A stretch of DNA of 64,000 bases from Heterodontus francisci (taxonomy: Eukaryota): NCBI RefSeq assembly GCF_036365525.1, contig NC_090407.1, forward strand, positions 24,828,084 to 24,892,083. Reading direction: 5' to 3'. Below, piece after piece: positions 46,301 to 57,982 of this stretch. The first letter of the stretch is position 1, and each line of letters opens with the position of its first letter. A program made the position numbers and the translations under genes. Below the pieces are notes generated by a model, which was given only the letters and a program-made list of their open reading frames with translations, had not been told where the DNA came from and did no database searches.

Positions 46301-49300
46301 ACCTTCACCCACCAAGCAAAATCTCTCCCCTCAGGCTCTCCTTCCCTGACCTTGATCATGTTTCATTCTCCAGTTTGTGTCCTATTTCCCCTCATGCACT
46401 ATCCAAGCTCACCTGGTCCATGAAACCCATCTTCTACTCTCTTGACCACATTCCCGCTAAATAGCTGACCATTCAACTGCCCTTCCTCTCCACGGGTACC
46501 ACATCCCTCCCTTTCAAAACTGGCTCAAAAAATACCCCTCAATCCTTAGGTCCTCAAACAACCACCCAGCCTCCAAATTCCCATTTCCTCTCCCAAGTCC
46601 TTGAATTTGTTGCTTCTGAAATTTGTGCTCATCTTTCCTGCAAATTTGAATCTCTCCAATCAGGTTTCCACCCTGAAACAGCCCAAACCAGAGTCACAAG
46701 AGACATCCTCTGTGACTGCAACCCTGGTGCATTTTTCTTCTCAACCACATCAGCCCTCGAGACGGTCCTCATACTATCCTCTTCCAAACCCTCTCCTCTC
46801 TTGTGCAACTCAGTAGAATTGCCCTCTTTTGGCTTCATTCTTACCTGTTTGATGGGAGCCAGAGCATCTTTCTCAATGTATTTTCTTTGCACCTACCCAT
46901 CACCATTGTCTCTGGGTCTATCCTTGACCCACTCCTTTTCCTCATCTACAGCTACATGTTGTCCCTTAGAGACACAATTTGGACATTAGCTTCCATATGT
47001 ACATTAACAGCACCCAGCTCTACCTCTTAACCACCTCTCTCGACCCTTTCATTGCCTCTGTACTGTCAGACTGCTTTACTGACATCCAGTCTTTGTTGAA
47101 TTTTCCTCATTAAATATTGGGAAAATATTTGCTCCCTGTGCTCAGTGACCTACATTGGCTCTCAGTCAAGCAACATCTCGATTTTAAAATTCTCACCCTT
47201 GTTTTCAAATCCTTCCAAGGCCTCAACTCTCCCTATCTCTGTAATCTCCTCCATGCCCACAACCCTCCCAAGATACCTGCACTCATCTATTCTGGCCTCA
47301 AGTATCCTGATTTTAATTGCTCCACCATTGGTGGCCGTGCCTTTAGCTGCCTAGGCCCTAAGCTCCGGAATTACCTCTCTACCTCGCTTTCCTCCTTCAA
47401 GACACACCTACTTTTTTAACCAAGCTTTTGGTCATCTGACTTGATATCTCCTTATCTGGCTCAGTGTCACAATGCTCCTGTGAAGCACCTTGGGATGTTT
47501 TGTTACATTAAAAGTGCTATATAAACGTGTTGTTGTTGAAAAACAAAGCCATTGTTTTGATCACAACCACAAACTCCAGACCCTTGCCAATGATTCCATT
47601 CCCTAATCTGGCTAGTATCCCAGGCTAAGCTATACTGTTCACAACCTCGGCATCCTATTTGATCCCAAGTTGAGTTTCCGATATATCCTCTCTGTCGCAA
47701 AGACTGCCTACTTCCACCTCTGAAAGATTGCCCATCTCTGCCCCTGTTGAAGTCCATCTGCTGAAGAAATTTACATCCATCCCTTTGTCTAGAATTGTCT
47801 GTTCTAATTCTGTCCTGGACAGCCCTTCCATCTTCCACACTCTGTAAACATCAGCTCATCCAAATCTCTGCTTATCCTATTCTATCCCACACCATGTCCT
47901 GCTGACTTATCACCATTGTTCTTACTATCCTGCTTTGGCTCCCAGTCCCTTAAATCCTAAAATCTTAACATTCTCATGTTTAAATTCTTTCATAGCCTGG
48001 ACCCTCCCTACCCATTTAAACTTCTTCAGTCCTAGAAGCCTCACCCCCAGAACTCCGTTCCTCCAACTCCAGCAGCTTGAGCATCCCTCCTCCCAACCCC
48101 CTCACTGCCCTACCATTGGCGGCCCCACACTCTGGAATCCCCTCTGCCTCTCCATCCCACCCAAGGCTTTCCTTAAAAGTCACTTCTTTAACCAAGCTTT
48201 TTCTCATTCCTCCTAATAGCACCTCTTCTGGTTCAATGTCCATTTTTGCCTAATTACACCTCTGTGAAACACTGGGATGTTTTTCTATGTTATATATTTC
48301 TATATTGCAGGTTGTTGTTGCAGTCACTAGACACAAATCTTTCATCAGATCCTGCTTGTACCGACCCTGGATTTCTATAAATGAAGCTGATTTACACTTT
48401 ACTCCTCAGGCCACTTTTTATAAAGCGTAAGTTTAAAATAAAGTAGTTTCAAAGATGAGAAATATTAAACACAAATATCCAGGCTGTAGAGTGCTTTGGA
48501 ACACCCTTAGGTTGTCAAAGGTGCTAAAAAAAAATGCAAGTCTTTCTTTATGTCAGATCTCACAGTGCCATGTATTGAAAAACAAACCAGTTTGAAAGTG
48601 TACACTTCATAGCCCGAATGAACTGATTTATTTAACATTCGCGCCACACAAGTACCAGGCAATGACCATCTTCAACAAGAGAGAATCTAACCATCTCCCC
48701 TTGACATTCAATGGTGTTACAATCACTGAATCCCCCTCTAACATCCTGGGGGGTTACCATTGACCAGAAAATGAACTGGAGTAGCCATATAAATACCGCA
48801 GCTGCAAGAGCAGGTCAGAGGCTAGGAATCCTGCGGTAACTCACCTCCTGACTCCCCAAACCCTGTCCACCATCTACAAAGCACAAGTCAGGAGTGTGAT
48901 GGAATACTCGCCACTTGCCTGGATGGGTGCATCTCCAACAACACTCAAGAAGATCAACACCATCCAGGACAAAGCAGCCCACTTGATTGGCACCCCATCC
49001 ACAAATATTCGCTCCCTCCACCACTGACGCACAGTGGCAGCAGTGTGTACCATCTACAAGATGTACTGCAGCCACGAACCAAGGCTTCTTCGACAGCACC
49101 TTCCAAACCCACGACCTCTACCACCTGGAAGGACAAGGGCAGCAGATGCATGAGAACACCACCACCTACAAGTTGCCCTCCAAGCCACACACCGTCCTGA
49201 CTTAGAACTATAATTGCTGTTCCTTCACTGTCGCTGGGTTAAAATTCTGGAACTCCCTTCCTAACAGCACTGTGAGTGTACCTACCCCACATGGACTGCA

Positions 49301-51629
49301 GTGGTTCAAGAAGGCAGCTCACCACCGCCTTCTCACGAGCAATTAGGGATGGACAATAAATGCTGGCCTGGCCAGCGACGCACACATCCCATGAACAAAT
49401 AAAAAAAAATTATAGCAAAAAACAATGCTCACGTTCAATTACAGGGAATCGGGAACAAAACCAGTGTAGTCCCACTCTTCCTCATCTTTCATTCCCAGTG
49501 TTTCTTTGATATATCCCAGTTTCACTGCCTTATCTGTTCCTCAGTGTCTGAACCACTTGCTAAATCAGAACCTCCCTTGGGTTTGCTGTACCATTTTGCG
49601 CACCATTCGAGCCTGTTAACCATTAGTCACCATTTTAATTCTTTCTATATGCTTCCCAATGGGAGGAAAGGCCAACTGTTCAACACCTGCCTAAACATAA
49701 TGGCTGAGATTCTTAGTGACACCTCAGTACTTACAAACTGGTCCTGAATTAGCCACTAAATAGTAGCCAGAACAGAGTTAAAGTAAATCCATATTGCAAG
49801 CAGCTTCTTAACAAACACAACTAGATTCTCATAGATTCCTTACGTACATTGGACTGGTTGAGAAGTCTGGGTCACCGGCTGTAAAGGTTTAACAGAGGTG
49901 GAAGAGCTGGCTTGGTTGGAGAGCCCCTCTCGCAGTAAGTCGACAAGCTCATGTTGCCTGGTTTTCTCCAGACTCTCCAAAAATGCAGGAAATGCTTCTG
50001 ACCCCCGAGTCTGCAAATCAGTTATCAATTGACGGGCTTGGTCCCTGCGTGTGCCCGAATTCTACAGTCAAAGAAAATGCTGTGAACTACATTTTGACTA
50101 TCATTTAAATACTGTAATATCAAACTAAGCAATATTTGTACATAGTCACAATGTTAGCTAGCATTTGGTTTATTTAAATGCCTAATCTTCCAGAATTCCA
50201 TCATGAGATGGCCAAACAGAGACCAAAGACAGATTTCAGACAGAAATAAGGAATAGTTAAATCTCACGCAAATCTTCAACGCATGCACAGTCCAGCTTAC
50301 AACAGCCAATATAAACATTCAGATTCTACAGTTCCTATGCTGAATAGTGGCTGGCTAGGTCTCAAACATTCCCTCACTCTCCCTCTTGTTCTCCTGTTTT
50401 CTTGGACGTATCCTGTCACAATATGTCCCCACCCACAAACATGCAGTTTTGACTGTGGACACCTAATTTGCTCTTCCCCAAAGTATAGTTGTGACACCTC
50501 ATTATTGTCACAGTTGAGATTAACTGATCGCACAGAGCAGGGATTAAAAACACAAACTTTGGAGGGTTTATTTTGGCTCAGTCCCAAAACATGCAATATA
50601 TTTCCCCGTGAAATCGAGTTGAGCACTTATTTTCTACAAGAGTATAAATATGATTTGAAACCTATTTAAACATGTAGGGCTAGTTTCATTTTCAACCCTT
50701 AGGCATTTTGCATTATCAAAGATGGCACAAAAACACAAAAGGATTATACAATCGTGAGAGGCTTTAATATTGTCTCCTTGTTGGTTTCAGAGTCATGGAG
50801 TCAATTTTAAGAGATATGGAAAGTAGCTTGAGGATGGAGGGCAGGACTGTAGGCACAAGAAAACAGCTTCATCTAGTGCTTACATATAAAATAGTAAACA
50901 TAGACAAGAGAAAAGGAAAGAAACAAGGCAAGCCGACAGAAGTTATTAAAACATTTTATTCAAACTGACTTGATTTTCTTAAATTATTTTGTTGCACAGT
51001 ATCAATTGCAGTGCTTCATATTTGACACACCACAGTAGCAATTAATATGAACAGTTAATACACAAAGTATTTAACTATAAGATCCAAATAGGAATGGTTC
51101 ACCAACTATTTTAACTGTAACTGTATATCAAAACAGGTAAATCTTAAAGCAAAGTAACTCATGCTATTATGTAGTTTACACATTTGGCTAACATTTGTTA
51201 TACTTCTTACAGTTGTCATATTAATTGCAATATTATATATAAAATAAATTTCTTTTGATGACATTCTGGGATTCCACAAGTGCTAGCTGACTACAGGTAC
51301 CCCACTTGCCCAAGGACCCCAGATACGTACTGGGATATTCAACCGTGTACAGCATCACAGTCGAGCCCACTTACTCTCCCGGCCAGCGTCTGCCCTAATG
51401 CCTGTGACGCTATGAACCCCAGCGAGACCTGGAGCATTTGGCTGGAAGAAGAGACTTCAAAGAAATACTGACTGACTCCGTTTGTTCCCCATCACACCTT
51501 GACTTCCTCTATCATGTCCTCAGTGAAAATTCCTTTCTCCACCAGAAAATCATAAAGAAGTTCGGGACGCAGCTTTGTCACCAGCTTCAGGCGATATCTC
51601 TGCAGAAGTTTTCTCTGACACTCGTTCAT
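34252..51629 (-). CDS. CASP9: Caspase-9, complete spliced CDS, 9 exons, 1224 nt / 407 aa
   Basis: Exons: 51629-51498, 50061-49848, 45789-45728, 44856-44680, 42889-42800, 40244-40094, 38241-38068, 36130-36021, 34365-34252. CARD ([16 protein letters not shown]), catalytic SHG and caspase-9-diagnostic QACGG, cleavage sites LQTD/ATPC and [31 protein letters not shown]. Confidence 0.97.
35430..35910 (-). mobile_element. L2 LINE 3' fragment
   Basis: [28 protein letters not shown]. Confidence 0.78.
36021..36130 (-). CDS. CASP9: CASP9 exon 8
   Basis: [36 protein letters not shown], 110 nt. Confidence 0.96.
36530..37555 (+). mobile_element. CR1 LINE 3' fragment
   Basis: Decayed GVPQG.LLGP and [12 protein letters not shown] motifs, CR1 3' UTR. 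Confidence 0.85.
38068..38241 (-). CDS. CASP9: CASP9 exon 7 (inter-subunit linker)
   Basis: (D)LKDTGF...[34 protein letters not shown](G), 174 nt. Confidence 0.96.
39065..39810 (-). mobile_element. 5' portion of a LINE: tRNA-like head and SINE-like body continuing into decayed endonuclease coding sequence
   Basis: 39490-39810 aligns by eye with 42022-42350; 39065-39380 reads as decayed APE N-terminus (..GLVP....QPDIVII..ITISGY..). Confidence 0.68.
40094..40244 (-). CDS. CASP9: CASP9 exon 6 (catalytic Cys, QACGG)
   Basis: [16 protein letters not shown]...[17 protein letters not shown], 151 nt. Confidence 0.97.
40560..40699. mobile_element. Penelope-derived palindromic mini-element
   Basis: 39-bp inverted arms 40566-40604/40613-40651; flanking ~16-bp imperfect direct repeat. 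Confidence 0.78.
41278..41503 (+). mobile_element. V-SINE (HE1-like), 3'-truncated
   Basis: Near-identical to 4454-4690; A box TGGCGCAGTGG, B box GGTTCAATTCT. Confidence 0.88.
42022..42428 (+). mobile_element. tRNA-headed SINE, full-length copy of same family
   Basis: A box 42025-42035, B-box-like 42089-42100, LINE-type tail and poly(A). Confidence 0.84.
42800..42889 (-). CDS. CASP9: CASP9 exon 5 (catalytic His)
   Basis: [30 protein letters not shown], 90 nt. Confidence 0.96.
43170..44245. mobile_element. Minus-strand CR1 (~43250-44020) nested in a plus-strand CR1 3' end
   Basis: Minus ORFs [25 protein letters not shown] and [10 protein letters not shown]; plus-strand CR1 resumes at ~44022. 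Confidence 0.8.
44680..44856 (-). CDS. CASP9: CASP9 exon 4
   Basis: [20 protein letters not shown]...RSGSDIDC...NLTKQ, 177 nt. Confidence 0.96.
45728..45789 (-). CDS. CASP9: CASP9 exon 3 (short linker exon)
   Basis: (C)[20 protein letters not shown]; tttcAG / GTGAGT; phase 1-0 bridges exons 2 and 4. Confidence 0.82.
46050..48320 (+). mobile_element. Tandem L2 LINE fragments
   Basis: [41 protein letters not shown]; two 3' ends (~47535, ~48320). Confidence 0.8.
48634..49409 (+). mobile_element. Same LINE family as 29137-30652, 3' fragment
   Basis: Collinear similarity to 29985-30652; further tail fragments at ~5885-6056 and ~23365-23545. Confidence 0.88.
49848..50061 (-). CDS. CASP9: CASP9 exon 2 (CARD C-half and linker)
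   Basis: [32 protein letters not shown]...QPVQ; in-frame donor T|GTACGT. Confidence 0.92.
51498..51629 (-). CDS. CASP9: CASP9 exon 1 (CARD N-half)
   Basis: [44 protein letters not shown], 132 nt. Confidence 0.95.
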
Positions 51630-51669
51630 CTTGATACAGATCCACAGCAGCGAGAAACATAATTAACAA

Positions 51670-51730
51670 CTCGATCCCCGACCCACATAAGATGGTGGCC
51701 AATCGCTTCCGGGTCCCGCTTGAGTCAGGC
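51670..51730 (-). promoter_or_regulatory. CASP9: Probable CASP9 core promoter
   Basis: YY1-like AAGATGGTGG, CCAAT and ETS/GABP-like CTTCCGG clustered 60-90 bp upstream of the ATG in a CpG-containing patch. Confidence 0.6.
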
Positions 51731-52035
51731 TTTGCTGGAGCCAGTTCCCCAAAGTAGGCCTGAGAGGAGAAAGAGGGCAACATGAGGTAAACTGAGGATA
51801 TGGGGATGAGTGGAAAATAATATTGGCATACAAATCAACTTATAACAACTTACAAAGAGCTTACAACTCAATAAACAACTCTGAATATAAGCCTGACCAA
51901 GAGCATTGCTTTATAAGGGGAAAACCATTCTGCTCATTTTAACTAATTTATGCAGAACAATCCTACATTCTTCCCACTGCTGCATCTAGTTGCCTCTTAC
52001 ATTATTCCAGGGTTTCTGCCTCCAACACTCGGTTC

Positions 52036-52599
52036 TGTGAGAATAAGAAATACTGAAATGTTGTTTCTACAGCTTGTGGAAAATTACCGAGAAGTCATTT
52101 CTACACAACATAATGAAATCACTGAAAAAGAGAACTGATAAGGGTATGTAAGTAAAGACCTTGAGACAGTACAGCAGTTAAAAATTGTGCTTAGGCAGAG
52201 AAAAGAGAAACAGCAAGAGTTAGAACAAAGGATGTAGTGAATAAGAAACTGCCCCACTAAGATAAAGGCTGACAGCTGCAAGTTAAAACACACAATGGAG
52301 AGCCAAATAAGGTAAAACAACAACAAGAGTTAGGGGCTAGAAAGTTAGAGTAGGGGGAGAAGTAAACAGAGGAGGAGACTGTAGCAACTATAGGATAGGT
52401 TAGTGTCATAATATGTTATAACCAATAATGTAAACTAAAGGCGTGGAAAAATGGATTTGTATTGTATAAACATGAACTGAGTATGTTGATCGGTGTGCCT
52501 GCTTGTAGGACACCCGATCTTGCAAGAACGTTAAATAAACTTACTTCTTCAGAGTTTGACTTGGTGTAAATTATTATTAAGTGGGCTACGTTTCTCACA
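52036..52599 (+). mobile_element. Solo LTR (retrovirus/Gypsy-type)
   Basis: TG...CA ends with 8-bp inverted termini TGTGAGAA/TTCTCACA, 4-bp TSD GTTC/GCTC, CCAAT 52422, TATAAA 52465, AATAAA 52534. Confidence 0.8.
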
Positions 52600-52659
52600 G
52601 CTCCAAGTGTTGATCTCGCTCTGCATGAAGAATTACCTTCTTATATCAGTCCTAAAAAA

Positions 52660-55600
52660 GGAAAGGCTTGCATTTATAGCTTTACACCCAATGAAGTACT
52701 TTTGAAGTGTAGTCACTGTTTTAATGTAGGAAATGCAGCTGCCAATTTGCGCATAGCAAGCTCCCATAAATAGCTATGTGACAACATATGAATAAGGAGC
52801 AGAGTAGGCCACTCGGTCCCCCGAGCCTGCTCCGCCATTCAAGAAGTTCATGGCTGAACTGATTACTCCACATTCCCACCTACCCCTGATAATCTTTCAC
52901 CCCCTTGCTTATCAAGAATCTATCTACTTCCGCCTTAAAAATATTTAAAGACTGCTTCCACCGCCTTTTGAGGAAAAGAGTTCCAAAGACTCACGACCCT
53001 CTGAGAGAAAAAATTCTCATCCCTGTCTTAAATGGGCAGCCCCTTATTTTTAAACAGTGACCCCTAGTTCTAGATTCTCCCACAAGAAGAACATCCTTTC
53101 CACATCCACCCTGTCAAGACCCCTCAGGATCTTATTTGTTTCAATCAAGTCATCTCTTACTCTTCTAAATTCCAGCAGATACAAGCCTAGCCTGTCCCAT
53201 CTTTCCTCATAAGACAACCTGCCCTTTCCAGATATTAGTCTAGTAAACCTTCTCTGGACTGCTTCCAACACATTTACATCCTTCCTTAAATAAGGAGACC
53301 ATACTGTACACAGTACTCTAGATGTAGTCTCACCAATGCCCTTTATTGCTGAAGTATAACCTCCCTACTTTTGTATTCAGTTCCCCTCGCAATAAACGAT
53401 AACATTCTATTAACTTTCCTAATTACGTACTGTACCTCCATACTAACTTTTTGCGATTCATGCACGAGGACACCCAGATCCCCCTGCATATCAGAGCTCT
53501 GCAATCTCTCACCATTTAGATAATATGCTTCTTCTTTATTCTTCCTGCCAAAATGGACAATTTCACATTTTGCCACATTATACTACATTTGCAAGGTCTT
53601 TGCCCACTCACTTAACCGATCTATATCCCTTTGTAGCCTCCTTATGTCCTCTTCACAACTTACTTTCCTACCTATCTTTGTGTCATCAGCAAATTTAGCA
53701 ACCATACCTTCGGTCCCTTCATCTAACTCATTTATATAAATTGTAAAAAGTTAAGGCCTCAGCACAGATCCCTGTAGCACACCACTCGTTACATCTTGTC
53801 AACCAGAAAATGACCCATTTATACCTACTCTCTCCTGTTAGCTAGCCAATCTTCTATCCTTTCCAATATGGTACCCCCTACTCCATGAGCTTTTATTTTT
53901 TGCAATAATCTTTGATGTGGCACCTTATCAAATGCCTTCTGGAAATCTAAGTACAATACATCCACCGGTTCCCCTTCATCCACAGCACATGTAACTCCCT
54001 CAAAGTACTCCAACAAATTGGTTAAACATGATTTCCCTTTCACAAAACCATGTCAACTCTGCCTGATTACCTTGAATTTTTCGAAATGCCCTGCTATAAC
54101 GTCTTTAATAATAGCTTCTAACATTTTCCCTATGACAGATGTTAAGCTAACTGGCCTGTGGTTTCCCGCTTTCTGTCTCCCTCCCTTTTTGAATAAAGGA
54201 GTTCATTCACTATTTTCCAATCTAACGGAACCTTCCCCAAATCTAGGGAAGTTTGAAAAATTAAAACTAACGCATCAACTATCCCACTAGCCACTTCTTT
54301 TAACACCCTAGGATGAAGTCCATCAGGACCCAGCGACTTGTCAGCCCGCAGCTCCAACAATTAGGTACCACTTCCCTGGTGATTGTAATTTTCTCGAGTT
54401 CCTCCATCCCTTCCATTTCCTGACATACAGCTAATTCTGGGATGTTACTTGTATCCTCTATAGTGAAGACCGATGCAAAATACCTGTTCAATTCATCTGC
54501 CATCTCCTTATTATCCATTATTAATTCCCCAGATTCACTTTCTATAGGACCAACGCTCACTTTGTTAACTCTTTTCTTTTTTAAATATCTATAGAAACTC
54601 TTATTATCGCTCTTTGTGTTTCTAGCTAGCTTTCTCTTGTACTCTAATTTTACCTTCCTTATCATTGTTTTAGTCATATTTTGCTGTTTTTTATATTCTG
54701 TCCAATCTTCTGACCTGCCACCCATCTTTGCACAATTATATGCTTTTTCTTTAAGTTTGATACTATCTTTAACTGTTTTATTTAATCATGGATGGTGGGT
54801 CCCACCCTTGGAATTTTTCTTTCTCGTTGAAATGTATCTATTCTGTGTATTCTGAAATATCCCCTTCAATGTCTGTCACTGCATCTCTATTGACCTATCC
54901 CTTAACCTAATTTACCAGTTCACTTTAGCTAGTTCTGCTTTCATGCCCTCATAATTACCCTTATTTAAGTTTAAAATACTAGTCTTGGACCCACTCTTCT
55001 CTCCCTCAAACTGAATGTTAAATTCAATCATATTGTGATTGCTGCTACCTAGGGGCACCTTAACAATGAGGTCATTAATTAATCCTATCTCCTTGCACAA
55101 TACCAGGTCTAGTATAGCCTGCTTTCTGCTTGGCTCCAGAATGTACTGTTCCAAGAAATTATCCCGAAAACATTCTATGAACTCCTCATCTAGGCTACCT
55201 CTGCCCATCTGATTTTTCCAGCCTATATGTAGATTAAAATCCCCCATAATTATCGCCATATCTTTCTGACAAGCTGCCATTATTTCTTCGTTTATACCCC
55301 GTCCTACAGCGTGGTTAATTTTAGGTGACCTGTACACCACTTACCACAAGTGACTTCTTGCCTTTATCATTTCTCATCTTGACCCAAACCACTTCTACAT
55401 CCTGGTTTCCTGAACTTAGGTCATCCGTCACTATTGCGCTAATACCATCATTAGTTAACAGAGCCACACCTCCACCTTTTTCTAGCTTCCTGTCCTTCCT
55501 AAATGCCATGTACCCTTCAATATTCAGGTCCCTATCTACGTCATCCTGCAGCCAAGTCTTTGTAATGGCTATCAGATCGTACTTTAATAACCAGGTAATT

Positions 55601-55725
55601 TTTTTGTGATGTTGATTAATTGGCCAGGATACCGGGGATAATTCCCCTGCACTCTTCAAAATAGTGCCATGGGTTTTTCAGCTTCAGAGAGCAGATGGGG
55701 TCTTGGTTTAATGTCTCATCCAAAA
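52660..55725 (-). mobile_element. DeuSINE split in two (52660-52781 and 55585-55725) by a CR1 insertion
   Basis: The two halves are contiguous in the intact copies at 18150/20625/23990. Confidence 0.78.
52783..55582 (-). mobile_element. CR1-clade LINE, near-complete decayed ORF2 (APE endonuclease + RT)
   Basis: ORF fragments YDLIAITKTWLQ..RKDR..GGGVAL, GDFN, ILDLVL, KGKSCLTNLLEYFE..LDFQKAFDKVPH, LEAVQRRFTRLI; frameshifts and an internal deletion. Confidence 0.93.
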
Positions 55726-56269
55726 ATTCTACCCTACATTCTTCCCATTGCCGCATCTAGTTGTCTCTTAAATTATTCCAGGGTTTTGGAAGTCTGCTCC
55801 GCGTGTTGATCTCGCTTTGCATGATATCAGTCCTAAAGTTACCTTTTATTAGTTGTGTCTCCTTCCTATGGCTTAGAGTAATATTGAACATTAACCTTTC
55901 TCATACCTTATCTTATGTACAGGCTGTTTATAAAGCCTTTGTGCAATTTTAAACTTTAATAACTTCGAATGTACATATGATAGAAGCAAACTGTAAACAG
56001 CATTTGAAAGCATAATTCATAATGTTTTTAATGTATTTTGTTAATGATGCTGAAACTGATAAAAACCCTGAAAATCTGCAATTTTTCCTTTTTCTTTGCA
56101 GTACTTTACTCTTCTCTGCATTAATTTGATTTACTTTTTTGCCCCACTCACACATGTTGTTTAGCTCATTCTCTAGTTTCTGAGTTGCCTGGTTTGAACA
56201 CATTATTCCTTTTAACCAAATTGTACTGAGCCTCTGAATCCAAATTATTGCAGATTAGAAATGCCATCC

Positions 56270-57010
56270 AACATAAGATCATAAGGAGTAGGAATAGGCC
56301 GTTCGGCCCCTCGAGCCTGCTCCGCCATTCATTAAGATCATGGCTGATCTGACTGTGGCCTTAAGTCCACTTTCGTGCTATGCCCCACCCCTCCGCAATA
56401 ACCCTTGACTCCCTTGTAGATCAAAAATCTGTCTAACTCAGCCTTGAATATATTCAAAGACCCAGCTTCCACTGTTCTCTGGGGAAGAGAATTCCAAAGA
56501 TTAACCACACTCTGAGAAAAGAAATTCCTCCTCATCTCCGTCTTAAATGGGAGACCCCTTATTTTGAAACTGTGCCCCCTAGTTCTAGATTCCTCCACGA
56601 GGGGAAACATCCTCTCAGCATCTACCTTGTCAAGTTCCCTGATCACAAACTTATATGTTTCAATAAGATCGTTTCTCATTCTTCTAAACTCCAATGAGTT
56701 TCCTTATAAGACAACCCCTTCATCCAAGGAATTAGCCTAATGAACCTTCTCTGAACTGCTTCCAATGTAAGTATATCCTTCCTTAAGTAAGGAGACCAAA
56801 ACTGTACACAGTGTTCTCGGTGCAGTCTCACCAATGCCCTGTACAGTTGTAGCAAGACTTCCATACTTTTATCATTTGAGACCAGTTGCAACCATTTAAA
56901 ATTTGAACTGGATCGAACTGTTTTTCCCTTCTGGGATACTCCATCCCCCTTGCAATAAATGTTAACATTCCAATTCTTAATTACTTGCTGTACTTGCATG
57001 CTAACTTATT
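56270..57010 (-). mobile_element. CR1 LINE 3' fragment
   Basis: RRMRNDLIETYK..SRTRGHSFKIRG..RRNFFSQSVVNLWNSLP. Confidence 0.9.
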
Positions 57011-57099
57011 GTGATTCAACATGAGTTCTAGGGCATCTCCCACTCCACCCCTGGGCATTATGCTCCTAACCACCCTCGGACAATTTCTTATCCATACAC

Positions 57100-57950
57100 A
57101 AGTTTTGCCCTCTCTTCCCAGAGCTTTAAGCTCATTAGTAATCTTTCATGTGGAACTTTATCAAATGATTTTTAAAAGTTGAAGTACACAATGTCATAGG
57201 GTTTACCATGATTGAATAGAGTTGTCATTTTTCAGAAAAATCAAGGAAATTGGTCAGGCAGGATCTCCCCCATCGAAATCCTTCACAACTGCCAATAACT
57301 AGATTGATGTTGTTCAAATAACTCTCGAGTTGACTCTTAACAGTCAATTCATGTTTAATGGAATTGTAGACTAATGGGTTTGTTTTGTCTCTGTCACCCT
57401 TTTTGAACATGGGCGCCACATTAGCTTGTTTAAAATCTGCTGGTACCTCTCCATTCTGCATTGACTACCTCATAATGATTGTTGGTGTCTTAAATCTCTT
57501 CATTAGTCTCTCTCAACACTAAATAACATCTAGCTGTAGAAGTTTGATTTTGTTTTAAGACTTCTTTAGGACTTACTTCTCATTTATTGAAGATTGAATT
57601 ATGGCTTTGTACTCTTTTTGGGAGGGCATGTTGTTCATGTCTTCCTTTATGAATGCTCTGAGGAAGTAATCATTTATCCTCAATTTCAAACCAATTTGCA
57701 TATTTTAGTGTTCTCACTTCTTCTATAACAGTCCTCTTGCTATTGCTGTAATGGAAGAATTATTTTTGCATGTTATATTTTGCTTCTGTAGTCATGCTTT
57801 CTGCGTCTCTGTTAGACACTCTTATAATTCTCATAACTTATTTTTGTGTGACCCTATTTTCACTACAGCGAGTCCAATCTCCTTTTTCACTACAAGATTT
57901 ATAGAGTAATTTGCACTCTTTATTTAACTTTTAATCTGTCTCACTTGTTT
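57100..57950 (-). mobile_element. Old CR1 LINE internal fragment
   Basis: VPADFKQANVAPMFKKGDR..GFRWGRSCLTNFLDF. Confidence 0.7.
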
Positions 57951-57982
57951 AGTCTCATCTTGCTGATCTTCAGTGTATACTT

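Noticed and set aside
49430-49560. Possible CASP9 exon 3 candidates just downstream of exon 2
   Set aside because: Stops in the usable frames; 45728-45789 fits phase and splice consensus much better.
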